From contig WYBW01000089.1 in the NCBI GenBank assembly GCA_011525685.1, forward strand, positions 2,697 to 66,696: a DNA stretch of 64,000 nt. The letters are read 5' to 3'. Source of the stretch: Verrucomicrobiia bacterium. GTDB taxonomy: Bacteria > Verrucomicrobiota > Verrucomicrobiia > Limisphaerales > JADLHS01. Positions 46,940 to 56,365 of this stretch are shown one piece after another. The position numbers and the translations under genes were made by a program. Below the pieces are notes generated by a model that had not been told where the DNA came from, did not search any database, and saw only the letters and a list, made by a program, of their open reading frames with translations. Positions within the stretch are counted from its first letter, which is position 1; every line of letters starts with the position of its first letter.

Positions 46940-49900
46940 ATGACATTTATGAACCTTACGCTGATCAGCAGGCGGCACTGCGGCTTGCTGCTTGCACTCT
47001 TTGTCGGAATTCCAAAACCCGACGTCCATGCCGCACCCGAACCGGCAGGCTGGTATGCCGGCGACATGCACGTGCATCGAAGTTGCGGAGGCAATCCGGT
47101 GTCCGTTTCGACGATTTACAACGCCATGGTCAACCAGAATCTGGCCGTTGTGTCGCTCCTTGCTGACATGGGCAACGGTGAGGTCTTGGACCCGGCAACC
47201 GACCTTCCCAAAGTAACTGGACTGGATGATCCCATTTCCACGGCGGGGCGCATCGTGCATTGGGACGCGGAGTGGCATTGGGATGCGACTTATTCGCAGT
47301 TTGAACACCAAGCGTTGGGTGGTCACATCGTGGCGTTGGGTCTCACCAATGCCTCTCAGATTTGGCAGGAATACACCTACCCGATTTTCAATTGGGCCCG
47401 ACTCCAAGGAGGCATTGCGGGCTTTGCCCACATGCAATACTTGGATGACGGATTCCCGCAGACCCTCAATTGCTGCATTCCGGTGGAGTATCCGGTCGAA
47501 GTGGCGTTGGGCGCCTGTGACTTCGTTTCCGAGGACGTGGCGGGCAGCGACACGGCCATGAGGGCTTACTATCGTCTGCTGAATTGCGGCTTCCGTCCCG
47601 GCTGGGCGGGCGGTTCCGATTATCCCTGCAATGCAGAGATAGGGGCGGTGCTCACCTACGTGCAAGTGTCCGGCCCGCTGACCTATCGCAAGTGGATTGA
47701 TGGCATTGCCAACCGGAGAACCGTGGTCTCACGTAATGGTCACAACGAGTTCCTCGACTTCAAGGTCAATGGCACTTCCACTCCTGGCGATGAAATTCTA
47801 CTGACGGGGAGCGGGAGTGTCTCGGTGACCGTCCAATGGCTGGCCAATCAGAACCTGGCGGGCAACATCGAATTGGTGCATAACGGCGTGGTCGTGGCCA
47901 GCCAGGCGGCGTCGGTTTCTTCAAGCACCTCGGCGACCTTGAGCACGACGGTGAACATCTCCAGGAGCGGCTGGCTGGCCGCCCGGCGCATGGGCGCCAA
48001 TGGACATCAGGTGCATACCGCGGCGGTGTTCGTGACAGTGAACGGCGCTCCGGTGCGGGCGAGCGTGGAGGATGCCCAGTTCTACGTGCAATGGGTGGAT
48101 AATCTGCTGCAACGAACCTCAGTGGGCGGAGTCTGGGCGTCCTATTTTCCAACCAAACGCGCGGAGGCCCAGGCCCGATACACCGCCGCCCGGAACATCT
48201 TTCAACAGATTGCCACGGAAGCGGCCGCCTCCCAACCGCTGACGGTTGCGACCACATCGCTGCCTGCTGGAGTGGTCAACGCCTCCTACTCGGCGAGCCT
48301 GACTGCAAGTGGCGGAACGACTCCTTACGCGTGGTCCATAATCTCCGGATCGCTGCCGCCGGGACTTTCATTGAGTCCAGCCGGCGTGATCAGCGGAACG
48401 CCAACCACAACCGGAACATTCAATTTTGCTGCCAGAGTCAGTGACTCCAGCAATCCCGCACAGACGGCCAGTCAGGCCTTGAGCATCCTCGTTGGCAACT
48501 CCAGCGGCGGCGGTCTCATTGGCAACAACGTTGACGGATCTTTGACGGATAACATCTGGGACGCTGGTCCTTGGATCAATGCCGGGCGGTTTCTCGCACC
48601 GTCGAACATGACCGTGACCACAATGCAGGCCAAGGTGGCGGCGATCTCCGGAAAGTACAAATGCGCCATCTACACCGATTCCAGCGGGCAGCCCAGCCGT
48701 CTCTTGGGTCACACGGTGGAGGTCAGCAACCCGGCGACCGGTTGGCAGGTTTTCCCGCTGACGACCGCGGTTGCGTTGACGAACGGCAACAATTACTGGC
48801 TGGCGATCTGGTCCGACAATTCCAATGCGCGGGTCTATTACTCGGATGCAGGCGGCACGCTCAGATGGAACCAATACGCTTACGGCTCCTGGCCCGATCC
48901 CATCAGCACCAGTGGCGGGGGCGGTCTCAACTATTGCATTTATGCCAGCGGCAGTGCGGCGACGTTGGAGGGTGTGGCGGTGGCGCCGGCCAGCGCCACC
49001 ATCGCTGCGGGCGCTGCACAACAATTCACCGCCACGGGCACCTACTCGGATGCCAGCACCCAGGACCTGACCAGCCAGGCGACGTGGAGTTCGTCCAGTC
49101 CGGCTGTGGCCAATGTGAACAGTTCCGGACTGGCCACCGGGCTGGCGGCGGGTGCGACCACCATTTCGGCCAGCTTCAATGGCAAGACGGGCAGTGGCAC
49201 ACTGACGGTACAGGCCGCCGCCCTCAGCATCACGACCGCAACGTTGCCGGGAGGAATGGTCGGGGCGGCTTACGCCAGCACACTCATGGCCAGCGGGGGA
49301 ACGACGCCTTACGCCTGGTCACTATCGGGCGGCACCACATTGCCCCCGGGTTTGGCGTTGAACCCCGCCAACGGCGCGATCACCGGCACGCCGACGGTGG
49401 CGGGAAATTTCAATTTCACCATTCAAGCCTCTGATTCGAGCAATCCTGTTCAGACTACGACCAAGTCGTTCAACCTTGCGGTGGCCCCGGTGCTGACGGC
49501 CATCGCCGTGACCCCGGCCTCCCCTTCCGTGGCTGCTGGAGCCACTCAGCAGATGACGGCGACGGGCACGTATTCGGACGGGAGCACCCAGGACCTGACC
49601 AGCCAGGCCATTTGGAATTCGTCGAGCCCCGCGGTGGCCACCGTCAGCGCGGCCGGGTTGGTGACCGGGATTGCGGCGGGAAGCGCAACAGTTACGGCGA
49701 CGAGTGGAGGGATTGCCGGCGGCACGACGGTGACCGTGCTGCCGCCACCCGAGGGGCTTGGAGATTACCGGACGGTGAGCAGTGGTCTGTGGAACAGCGC
49801 GGCGACCTGGCAGACGAACAATGGAGCCGCCTGGGTGGCCGCCGCCCGGCCGCCGACGAACAACGCCGCGGCCGGCGTGATCCGGCTGAGAGCCGGGCAT

Positions 49901-52900
49901 ACGGTGACGGTGTCCGCGGCGGTGACGGTGGACCAAGTGATGGTCGAGGCGGGCGGTCAACTGGCGGTGAACAATGTCACGTTGACGGTGGCCAACGGTG
50001 CGGGAAGCGATCTGGACGTTTTCGGCACGGTTTCACTAACCGGAACTTCAGGGACGATCGCGATAGGCTCGGGAGCGACGATTTCATTCCGGCCGGGCGC
50101 CACCTACCAACACGCACGCAGCGCCGGGACGATTCCCACCGCCACTTGGGATGTGAATTCCACCTGCTTGATCACGGGAAGCACCTCGGCGCTGCCGGGA
50201 GGTCTGGGACAGAGCTTTGGCAACGTGACCTGGAATTGTGCCAGCCAATCGTCTCATCTGAGCCTGGAAGGCTCCGTAACCGGGATTGCCGGCGACTTTA
50301 CAGTGATGAACACGGGCAGCCGGAGCCTGAGATTGGCCAACAGCTCCACCGCTCGCACACTCGTCGTAGGCGGCGATTTCACTCAAACAGGCGGGACGTT
50401 TGTGGTGGTTGGCAGCACGGGCGCTGGAACGCTCAATGTCACCCGCAATGTGGCCTTGAGCGGCGGTACGTTTGTGCTGAAGCAGAGCGGCGGCAACGCC
50501 AGTCTAAACGTCACGGGCAACTTCAGTCAGACTGGCGGCACGTTCAATCTTCGCACCAGCAGCACCGCCGGCACGGGCGCGGTGACCGTTCAGGGCAACT
50601 TTGCGTTCACGCTGGGAACGTTCAACCTGTCGAGCGTGGGCGCGGTGGGGACGCTGAATGTCGCCGGGAATTTCACGCATACCGGCGGCACGATGACCGA
50701 GACGTCTTCGGGCAGCGGGGCGATCGTTTTCAACGGGTCAACACCGCAGACCTTCGTCTCGGGCGGCACGGTGGCGAACACGATTAATTACACGGTCAAC
50801 AGCGGTGCGACGCTGATGCTGGGCACGAGCCTGCTGGGCAACGGCAGCAGCGGCACGTTCACCCTGGCTTCGGGCGCCACGCTCGGCCTCGGCGATCCGG
50901 CGGGCATCGCGACCTCGGGCGCCACCGGCAACATTCGCGTGACGGGCACGCGCACCTTCAATCCCGGCGCAAACTATGTTTACACGGGCCCGGCAGTTCA
51001 AGTGCCCGGTAATGGCCTGCCGGCCACGGTCAACGACCTCACCATTTCCAACCCCGCGGGGCTGACCCTGAATACGACCCACACGGTCAACGGCGTTGGT
51101 CGGGTGAGTGCCGGCGGACGTTTATTGGGCACGGGCCGGCTCAACAATGGGCCGCTGATCCTCGAGGGGATGCTGTCGCCGGGGACACCCGTCGGTCGGG
51201 TGACCACCGCCCGCCAGACCTGGAATGGCGGCGCGGTTTACGAATGGGAGATCAACGATGCCAGCGGCGCGCCTGGAGTGGGTTGGGATTTGTTGAGCCT
51301 GACCGATGGCCAGGGCATCCAGCTTCAGTCGGCGACCACCAATCCCTTCAGTTTGAAGCTGACCACCCTCAACGGCAGCAATCCAGGGCTGGCGGCCAAC
51401 TTCGACAAGACCAGCAGTTACACCTGGCCCATCGCCATCGCGACCAACGCCAGCGTGACCAACTTCTCGGCGGACAAGTTTGTCGTGGATGCCACCAGCT
51501 TCGTCAACGACTTCGGGGGCGGCACCTTCAGCCTGGAGCAGTCGGGCGAGCAACTGCGCCTCCTCTTCACGCCGGCGCCCGCTCAACTGACCATCAGCAC
51601 GGCGACCCTGCCCAACGGAACGGAGAATGTGGCCTACACGACGACCTTGACCGCGGTCGGCGGCGCCGCGCCCTACTCCTGGTCGCTCATCAGTGGGGCG
51701 CTTCCCCCCGGTTTGTCCCTCAACGCCAGCAGCGGCGCCATCATCGGAACACCGACCGCCACCGGCGCCTTCAACTTCACGGTGGGTGTCAGCGACTCGA
51801 GCGATCCGGTCCAGGAGGCGACGAAAACCTTCATCCTCACGATCCAACCGGCGCTCACCTCACTGGCCGTAACTCCGTCCAACCCGGTCTTGCTCACGGG
51901 CGGCGCCCAACAGTTCTCTGCCATTGGAACTTACTCGGATGCCACCACTCAGGATTTGACCGCCCTCGCGGCTTGGAACTCCTCCGCTCCCGCGGTGGCC
52001 ACCATCAATGCCAGCGGCCTGGCGGTGGGAGTGGCTCCGGGCATGACGACCGTTTCAGCGACGGTGGGCGGAATCACGGGCAACACCTTGCTGACCGTGC
52101 AGGCGCCGCTGGTCATTGTCACCGGGACGTTGCCCAACGGCACGGTCAACGCCAGCTATACCACCCCGTTGACCGCCAGCGGTGGCGCCGCCCCGTACGC
52201 TTGGTCTGTCGCCAGCGGCACGCTGCCCTCGGGATTGACTCTGGACTCGGGGAGCGGCGCGATCTCAGGCATCCCGACCACCGCCGGCACCTCGCCCTTC
52301 ACCATCCAGGTCACTGACAGCAGCGTTCCCCCCAAGACGGCCACCCGGTCGCTGACCCTGACCATCGCGCCCGCCTTGACCTCAATTGCGGTTACACCGT
52401 TGAATCCCGTCATCTTGGTGGGCGGCAGCCAGCAATTCACCGCCACGGGCACGTATTCCGACGGCAGCACGCAAAACCTGACGGCGCAAGCCACGTGGGT
52501 TTCCTCGGCGCCAACCATCGCGACCATCAACGCCGGCGGCATGAGCGCGGGCGTGGCCGCGGGCAATACGACAATCTCCGCGACGCACAATGGGATCAGC
52601 GGTCATACGCTGCTGACCGTGCAGACGGCGCCGCCGACCATCACCACGACCTCCCTCCCCGATGGCGTTGTGAACGTGGCCTACACGGCCACGTTGACGG
52701 CCAGCGGCGGGACGACGCCCTACGCGTGGACGCTGCCGGTGGGGACGCTGCCGCCGGGCTTGGTGCTCAACGGGAGCAGCGGGACCATCTCCGGCAGCCC
52801 GACGACCTCGGGCACGTACAACTTCACCGCGCGGGTGACGGATGCGAGCGAGCCGGCGCAGACGGCGGAGCGGGCGTTGAGCGTGACGATTGCCAGCGCG

Positions 52901-55900
52901 GGAGGACCGCCGGGCCTCATCGGGAACACGGCCGAAGGAACGTTGACGGACTATCTCTGGTACAATGGTCCGTGGATCAATGCCGGACGCTTTCAGGCAT
53001 ACTCGAACCTGACCGTGACCTCGATTCAGGCGAAGGTGGCGGCCATCCCGGGCAGGTACAAGTGCGCCATCTACTCCGACAATGCCGGACAACCCAACCG
53101 ACCGCTTCGCATCTCGAGTGAGGTCAGCAATCCGAGCACCGGCTGGCAGACCTTTCCGTTAACCGCTTCCCAGTCCCTGACCAACGGGCAGAATTACTGG
53201 CTGGCCATCTGGTCAGACCACGCTGGTGCGCAAGTCTATTACTCCGCGACCACTGGAACTCTCAGTTGGCAGCAGCTCAATTATGGAAACTGGCCCGACC
53301 CGATGGTGGCCAGCGGTGGTGGGAATCTCAACTACTGCATCTATGCGACAGGCCATGGGCCAATCTACTTTGGCGTTGCCTCCGTCACTCCGGCGGCTGG
53401 CGCATCGGGAGTCAACCTGGGAACACCGGTGTCGGCCACTTTCAGCACGGACATGAATGCGTCCACCATTAACGAAACCACAGTGCTATTGCGCGACTCT
53501 CTGAACAATCTTGTGGCCGCGACGGTGAATTACAGTCCCGCAACGCGAACGGCGACGCTGACGCCAAACGGAGGCTTGAAACCTTCCACGACTTACACCG
53601 CGATCGTCAAAGGAGGGGCAGGCGGAGTTGCCAGTCTCGCCGGCAACACCATGATTTCAGATTTCTCGTGGACCTTCACCAGCGACATGTACGGGGACGG
53701 TCCCGGTGGACCCATCCTGATTGTGACGCAACCCACCAATTCGTTCAGTCGTTATTACGCCGAGATTCTGCTCACGGAGGGATTGAACGCCTTTGCCCTC
53801 ACCAATCTGGCGTCCGTTTCGAGCGCCACATTGGCCAACTACGATGTGGTGATTCTCGGTCAGGCGGCGTTGAGTGCCGCACAGGTCGCCATGTTCACCG
53901 ACTGGGTGAACTCGGGCGGAAAGTTGATTGCCATGCGTCCGGACAAACAACTGGCCGACCTGCTGGGATTGACCGACGCCGGGACCACTTTGGCCGAAGG
54001 TTATCTCCTCGTGAACACCGCCTCCGGACCCGGTGCCGGCATCGTCGGCCAGACCATCCAGTTCCACGGTGTGGCGGATCGTTACGTCTTGGGCGGCGCC
54101 AGCAGCCTGGCCACGCTTTACTCCAACGCCCAAACTCCCACCGCCAATCCCGCCGTCACCTTGCGCCACGTCGGTGGCAATGGCGGACAGGCCGCCGCGT
54201 TTACCTTCGATCTGGCCCGCTCGATTGTGCTCACCCGGCAGGGGAATCCAGCCTGGACGGGTCAGGAGCGCGACGGCATCGCTCCGCTTCGGTCGGACGA
54301 TTTATTCTACGGACCGGCCAGTTTCGATCCGCAACCGGATTGGGTGAACCTAAACAAGGTAGCCATTCCTCAAGCCGACGAGCAACAACGGCTTCTGGCC
54401 AACATGATTCTCTCCATGGCGTCCACCAAGAAACTGTTGCCGCGGTTCTGGTATTTCCCTCGTGGTCATGCCGCCGTGGTGGTGATGACCGGTGACGATC
54501 ACGGGAACAACGGCACCGCGGGCCGCTTCGATCAGTATCTGGCAGTGAGTCCCGCCGGCGGTTCGGTCGCGGATTGGGAGACGATTCGCGCCACGTCGTA
54601 TATCTATCCCAACACGCCCATGACGGATGCCCAGGCGGCCGCCTATCGCGACGCGGGTTTTGAGATCGGGCTTCACCTCAACACGGGTTGCGCCAACTAC
54701 ACGGCGGATTCCCTTGCCGGGTTCTTCGCGCAACAGTTGAGTGAATTCAGCGCCAGGTTCCCGAGCCTGCCCAGCCCAACGACCCATCGGATGCATTGCA
54801 TCGCGTGGAGCGGATACACCATTCTTCCCGAGGTGGGATTACAGTTCGGGATCCGATTGGATACGAGTTACTATTACTATCCGCCGAGCTGGGTGGCGGA
54901 CCGGCCCGGGTTGTTTAACGGTTCCGGGATGGCGATGCGTTTTGCGACGACCAACGGCAACGTCATTGATGTGTATCAGGCGGCCACGCCGATGACGGAT
55001 GAGTCGGGTCAAACCTATCCCTACACGATCAACGCCCTGCTCGACCGGGCGCTGGGACCGGAGGGCTATTATGGCGCCTTTGTAGCCAACATGCACACCG
55101 ACGCCAACACACCGACCACGCCCGGGCAGATTGGGTCGGACGCCATCGTGTCATCGGCCATGGTCCGCGGCGTGCCGGTCATTTCCGCCCGGCAACTGCT
55201 CACCTGGCTCGACGCCCGCAACAGTTCGGCGTTCAAGTCCATCCAATGGAACAATGGGAGTCAGACTTTTTCGGTGGAGGCGAGTGCGGCGGCGAGAGGA
55301 TTGCAGGCAATGTTGCCGGTGCCGGCGGCGTACAACCTCGGCAGTTTGAGATTCAACGGCAGCCCGATCCCCTTCGAGTTGAAAGGGATCAAAGGCATTC
55401 GATATGCCATCTTCGAAGCGCGTTCTGGCAGCTATCAAGCCGACCTCGTGGTGGATGGCTCGCCTCCAACCGTGACTTCCACTCAGCCGGCCAACGGTGC
55501 GACCGGGGTGAGTCTGACCCCGCAAGTCCGCGTCGTGTTCAGCGAAGCCATGGATCCGGGCACCATCAATTCCAGCACGATTCTCCTCCTCGACTCCAGC
55601 GGCAACCCGGTCTCCAGCTCGGTGACTTATGATCCGGTCACAACGACGGCGGTTTTGACTCCGGTCGGCTCGCTCTCTCCGTCGCGTGCTTACACGGCCG
55701 GTGTGGCCGGCGGCGCCTCGGGTGTCCGGGACTTTGCCGGCAATCCCATGTCTGCCGACCATGTCTGGTCGTTCACCACCACGGGCCAGGCTTCGTACAG
55801 TTTGTGGCAACCGTCGGCAGTGCCCGGACTGGTGGACGGTGGTGCTGACAGTCCCGTGCAATTGGGGGTGAAATTCCGTTCGGACGTTGCGGGCAGCATC

Positions 55901-56287
55901 ACGGGAATCCGGTTCTACAAATCCGCGGCCAACAGTGGTACCCATGTCGGCAGCTTGTGGACCAGTACGGGCACCCGGCTGGCGAGCGCCACTTTTACCG
56001 GCGAAACCGCTTCGGGCTGGCAGCAGGTGAATTTCGCGACTCCGGTGACGATCGCCGCCAACACGATCTACATCGCTTCTTACCACACCACCGTGGGGCA
56101 CTATGGCGCCGACGTGAACTACTTCGCGCTGGCCGGTGTTGACAATCCACCTCTGCGCGCGCCGGCCAGTGGTGCCAGCGGCGGCAACGGCGTGTATCGC
56201 TACGGCACCAGCAGCGTCTTTCCGGATTTGACCTGGAACGCGGCGAACTACTGGGTGGACGTGGTGTTCGTCCCTGCCGCGCCATGA
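46940..56287 (+). CDS. Giant secreted protein B (3115 aa)
   Basis: ATG 46940 (or 46949) with signal-like RRHCGLLLALFVGIPKPDVHA. Domain order, with approximate coordinates:
- HxH metallohydrolase-like domain: GWYAGDMHVHRSCGG ... GGSDYPC (about 47040-48230);
- He_PIG;
- module X (48515-48952);
- Big_2, He_PIG, Big_2;
- beta-helix-like GGTF...LNV.GNF repeats (about 49750-51560);
- He_PIG and Big_2 units (51581-52900);
- module X (52916-53353);
- SbsA-type Ig;
- GATase1-like region (about 53700-54150);
- deacetylase-like core: VVVMTGDDHGNNG, GFEIGLHLNTGC, HRMHCIAWSGY (about 54445-54900);
- second SbsA-type Ig;
- DUF4082 with LGVKFRSDVAGSITGIRFYK...NYWVDVVF (about 55795-56284). Confidence 0.85.
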   Translation: MTFMNLTLISRRHCGLLLALFVGIPKPDVHAAPEPAGWYAGDMHVHRSCGGNPVSVSTIYNAMVNQNLAVVSLLADMGNGEVLDPATDLPKVTGLDDPISTAGRIVHWDAEWHWDATYSQFEHQALGGHIVALGLTNASQIWQEYTYPIFNWARLQGGIAGFAHMQYLDDGFPQTLNCCIPVEYPVEVALGACDFVSEDVAGSDTAMRAYYRLLNCGFRPGWAGGSDYPCNAEIGAVLTYVQVSGPLTYRKWIDGIANRRTVVSRNGHNEFLDFKVNGTSTPGDEILLTGSGSVSVTVQWLANQNLAGNIELVHNGVVVASQAASVSSSTSATLSTTVNISRSGWLAARRMGANGHQVHTAAVFVTVNGAPVRASVEDAQFYVQWVDNLLQRTSVGGVWASYFPTKRAEAQARYTAARNIFQQIATEAAASQPLTVATTSLPAGVVNASYSASLTASGGTTPYAWSIISGSLPPGLSLSPAGVISGTPTTTGTFNFAARVSDSSNPAQTASQALSILVGNSSGGGLIGNNVDGSLTDNIWDAGPWINAGRFLAPSNMTVTTMQAKVAAISGKYKCAIYTDSSGQPSRLLGHTVEVSNPATGWQVFPLTTAVALTNGNNYWLAIWSDNSNARVYYSDAGGTLRWNQYAYGSWPDPISTSGGGGLNYCIYASGSAATLEGVAVAPASATIAAGAAQQFTATGTYSDASTQDLTSQATWSSSSPAVANVNSSGLATGLAAGATTISASFNGKTGSGTLTVQAAALSITTATLPGGMVGAAYASTLMASGGTTPYAWSLSGGTTLPPGLALNPANGAITGTPTVAGNFNFTIQASDSSNPVQTTTKSFNLAVAPVLTAIAVTPASPSVAAGATQQMTATGTYSDGSTQDLTSQAIWNSSSPAVATVSAAGLVTGIAAGSATVTATSGGIAGGTTVTVLPPPEGLGDYRTVSSGLWNSAATWQTNNGAAWVAAARPPTNNAAAGVIRLRAGHTVTVSAAVTVDQVMVEAGGQLAVNNVTLTVANGAGSDLDVFGTVSLTGTSGTIAIGSGATISFRPGATYQHARSAGTIPTATWDVNSTCLITGSTSALPGGLGQSFGNVTWNCASQSSHLSLEGSVTGIAGDFTVMNTGSRSLRLANSSTARTLVVGGDFTQTGGTFVVVGSTGAGTLNVTRNVALSGGTFVLKQSGGNASLNVTGNFSQTGGTFNLRTSSTAGTGAVTVQGNFAFTLGTFNLSSVGAVGTLNVAGNFTHTGGTMTETSSGSGAIVFNGSTPQTFVSGGTVANTINYTVNSGATLMLGTSLLGNGSSGTFTLASGATLGLGDPAGIATSGATGNIRVTGTRTFNPGANYVYTGPAVQVPGNGLPATVNDLTISNPAGLTLNTTHTVNGVGRVSAGGRLLGTGRLNNGPLILEGMLSPGTPVGRVTTARQTWNGGAVYEWEINDASGAPGVGWDLLSLTDGQGIQLQSATTNPFSLKLTTLNGSNPGLAANFDKTSSYTWPIAIATNASVTNFSADKFVVDATSFVNDFGGGTFSLEQSGEQLRLLFTPAPAQLTISTATLPNGTENVAYTTTLTAVGGAAPYSWSLISGALPPGLSLNASSGAIIGTPTATGAFNFTVGVSDSSDPVQEATKTFILTIQPALTSLAVTPSNPVLLTGGAQQFSAIGTYSDATTQDLTALAAWNSSAPAVATINASGLAVGVAPGMTTVSATVGGITGNTLLTVQAPLVIVTGTLPNGTVNASYTTPLTASGGAAPYAWSVASGTLPSGLTLDSGSGAISGIPTTAGTSPFTIQVTDSSVPPKTATRSLTLTIAPALTSIAVTPLNPVILVGGSQQFTATGTYSDGSTQNLTAQATWVSSAPTIATINAGGMSAGVAAGNTTISATHNGISGHTLLTVQTAPPTITTTSLPDGVVNVAYTATLTASGGTTPYAWTLPVGTLPPGLVLNGSSGTISGSPTTSGTYNFTARVTDASEPAQTAERALSVTIASAGGPPGLIGNTAEGTLTDYLWYNGPWINAGRFQAYSNLTVTSIQAKVAAIPGRYKCAIYSDNAGQPNRPLRISSEVSNPSTGWQTFPLTASQSLTNGQNYWLAIWSDHAGAQVYYSATTGTLSWQQLNYGNWPDPMVASGGGNLNYCIYATGHGPIYFGVASVTPAAGASGVNLGTPVSATFSTDMNASTINETTVLLRDSLNNLVAATVNYSPATRTATLTPNGGLKPSTTYTAIVKGGAGGVASLAGNTMISDFSWTFTSDMYGDGPGGPILIVTQPTNSFSRYYAEILLTEGLNAFALTNLASVSSATLANYDVVILGQAALSAAQVAMFTDWVNSGGKLIAMRPDKQLADLLGLTDAGTTLAEGYLLVNTASGPGAGIVGQTIQFHGVADRYVLGGASSLATLYSNAQTPTANPAVTLRHVGGNGGQAAAFTFDLARSIVLTRQGNPAWTGQERDGIAPLRSDDLFYGPASFDPQPDWVNLNKVAIPQADEQQRLLANMILSMASTKKLLPRFWYFPRGHAAVVVMTGDDHGNNGTAGRFDQYLAVSPAGGSVADWETIRATSYIYPNTPMTDAQAAAYRDAGFEIGLHLNTGCANYTADSLAGFFAQQLSEFSARFPSLPSPTTHRMHCIAWSGYTILPEVGLQFGIRLDTSYYYYPPSWVADRPGLFNGSGMAMRFATTNGNVIDVYQAATPMTDESGQTYPYTINALLDRALGPEGYYGAFVANMHTDANTPTTPGQIGSDAIVSSAMVRGVPVISARQLLTWLDARNSSAFKSIQWNNGSQTFSVEASAAARGLQAMLPVPAAYNLGSLRFNGSPIPFELKGIKGIRYAIFEARSGSYQADLVVDGSPPTVTSTQPANGATGVSLTPQVRVVFSEAMDPGTINSSTILLLDSSGNPVSSSVTYDPVTTTAVLTPVGSLSPSRAYTAGVAGGASGVRDFAGNPMSADHVWSFTTTGQASYSLWQPSAVPGLVDGGADSPVQLGVKFRSDVAGSITGIRFYKSAANSGTHVGSLWTSTGTRLASATFTGETASGWQQVNFATPVTIAANTIYIASYHTTVGHYGADVNYFALAGVDNPPLRAPASGASGGNGVYRYGTSSVFPDLTWNAANYWVDVVFVPAAP
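48515..48952 (+). repeat. Module X copy 2 (giant B, first copy)
   Basis: LIGNNVDGSLTDNIWDAGPWINAGRFLAPSNMTVTTMQAKVAAISGKYKCAIYTDSSGQPSRLLGHTVEVSNPATGWQVFPLTTAVALTNGNNYWLAIWSDNSNARVYYSDAGGTLRWNQYAYGSWPDPISTSGGGGLNYCIYASG. Confidence 0.7.
51581..52625 (+). repeat. Tandem duplication of a 522-nt (174-aa) He_PIG + Big_2 two-domain unit inside giant B
   Basis: Units start at about 51581 and about 52103, and a third He_PIG starts at about 52625. Matching blocks: TLPNGT.N..YTT.LTA.GGAAPY.WS, then PALTS[LI]AVTP.NPV.L.GG.QQF.A.GTYSD..TQ.LTA.A.W.SSAP..ATINA.G. Confidence 0.7.
52916..53353 (+). repeat. Module X copy 3 (giant B, second copy)
   Basis: LIGNTAEGTLTDYLWYNGPWINAGRFQAYSNLTVTSIQAKVAAIPGRYKCAIYSDNAGQPNRPLRISSEVSNPSTGWQTFPLTASQSLTNGQNYWLAIWSDHAGAQVYYSATTGTLSWQQLNYGNWPDPMVASGGGNLNYCIYATG. 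Confidence 0.7.
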
Positions 56288-56365
56288 CGCTTTCTCGTGA
56301 GGCCCATCCTCCGGATCGTCATTTTGTCCTGCACTCGCATTTGTCGCTTTCATGCTGATCAGTGC

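Noticed and set aside
46810-47166. 118-aa + strand ORF upstream of and overlapping the start of giant B.
   Set aside because: It is out of frame with the HxH domain, Cys/Arg-rich, and overlaps the well-supported giant B coding sequence. I treat its 5' part as a possible relic of a duplicated leader (see findings), not as a gene.
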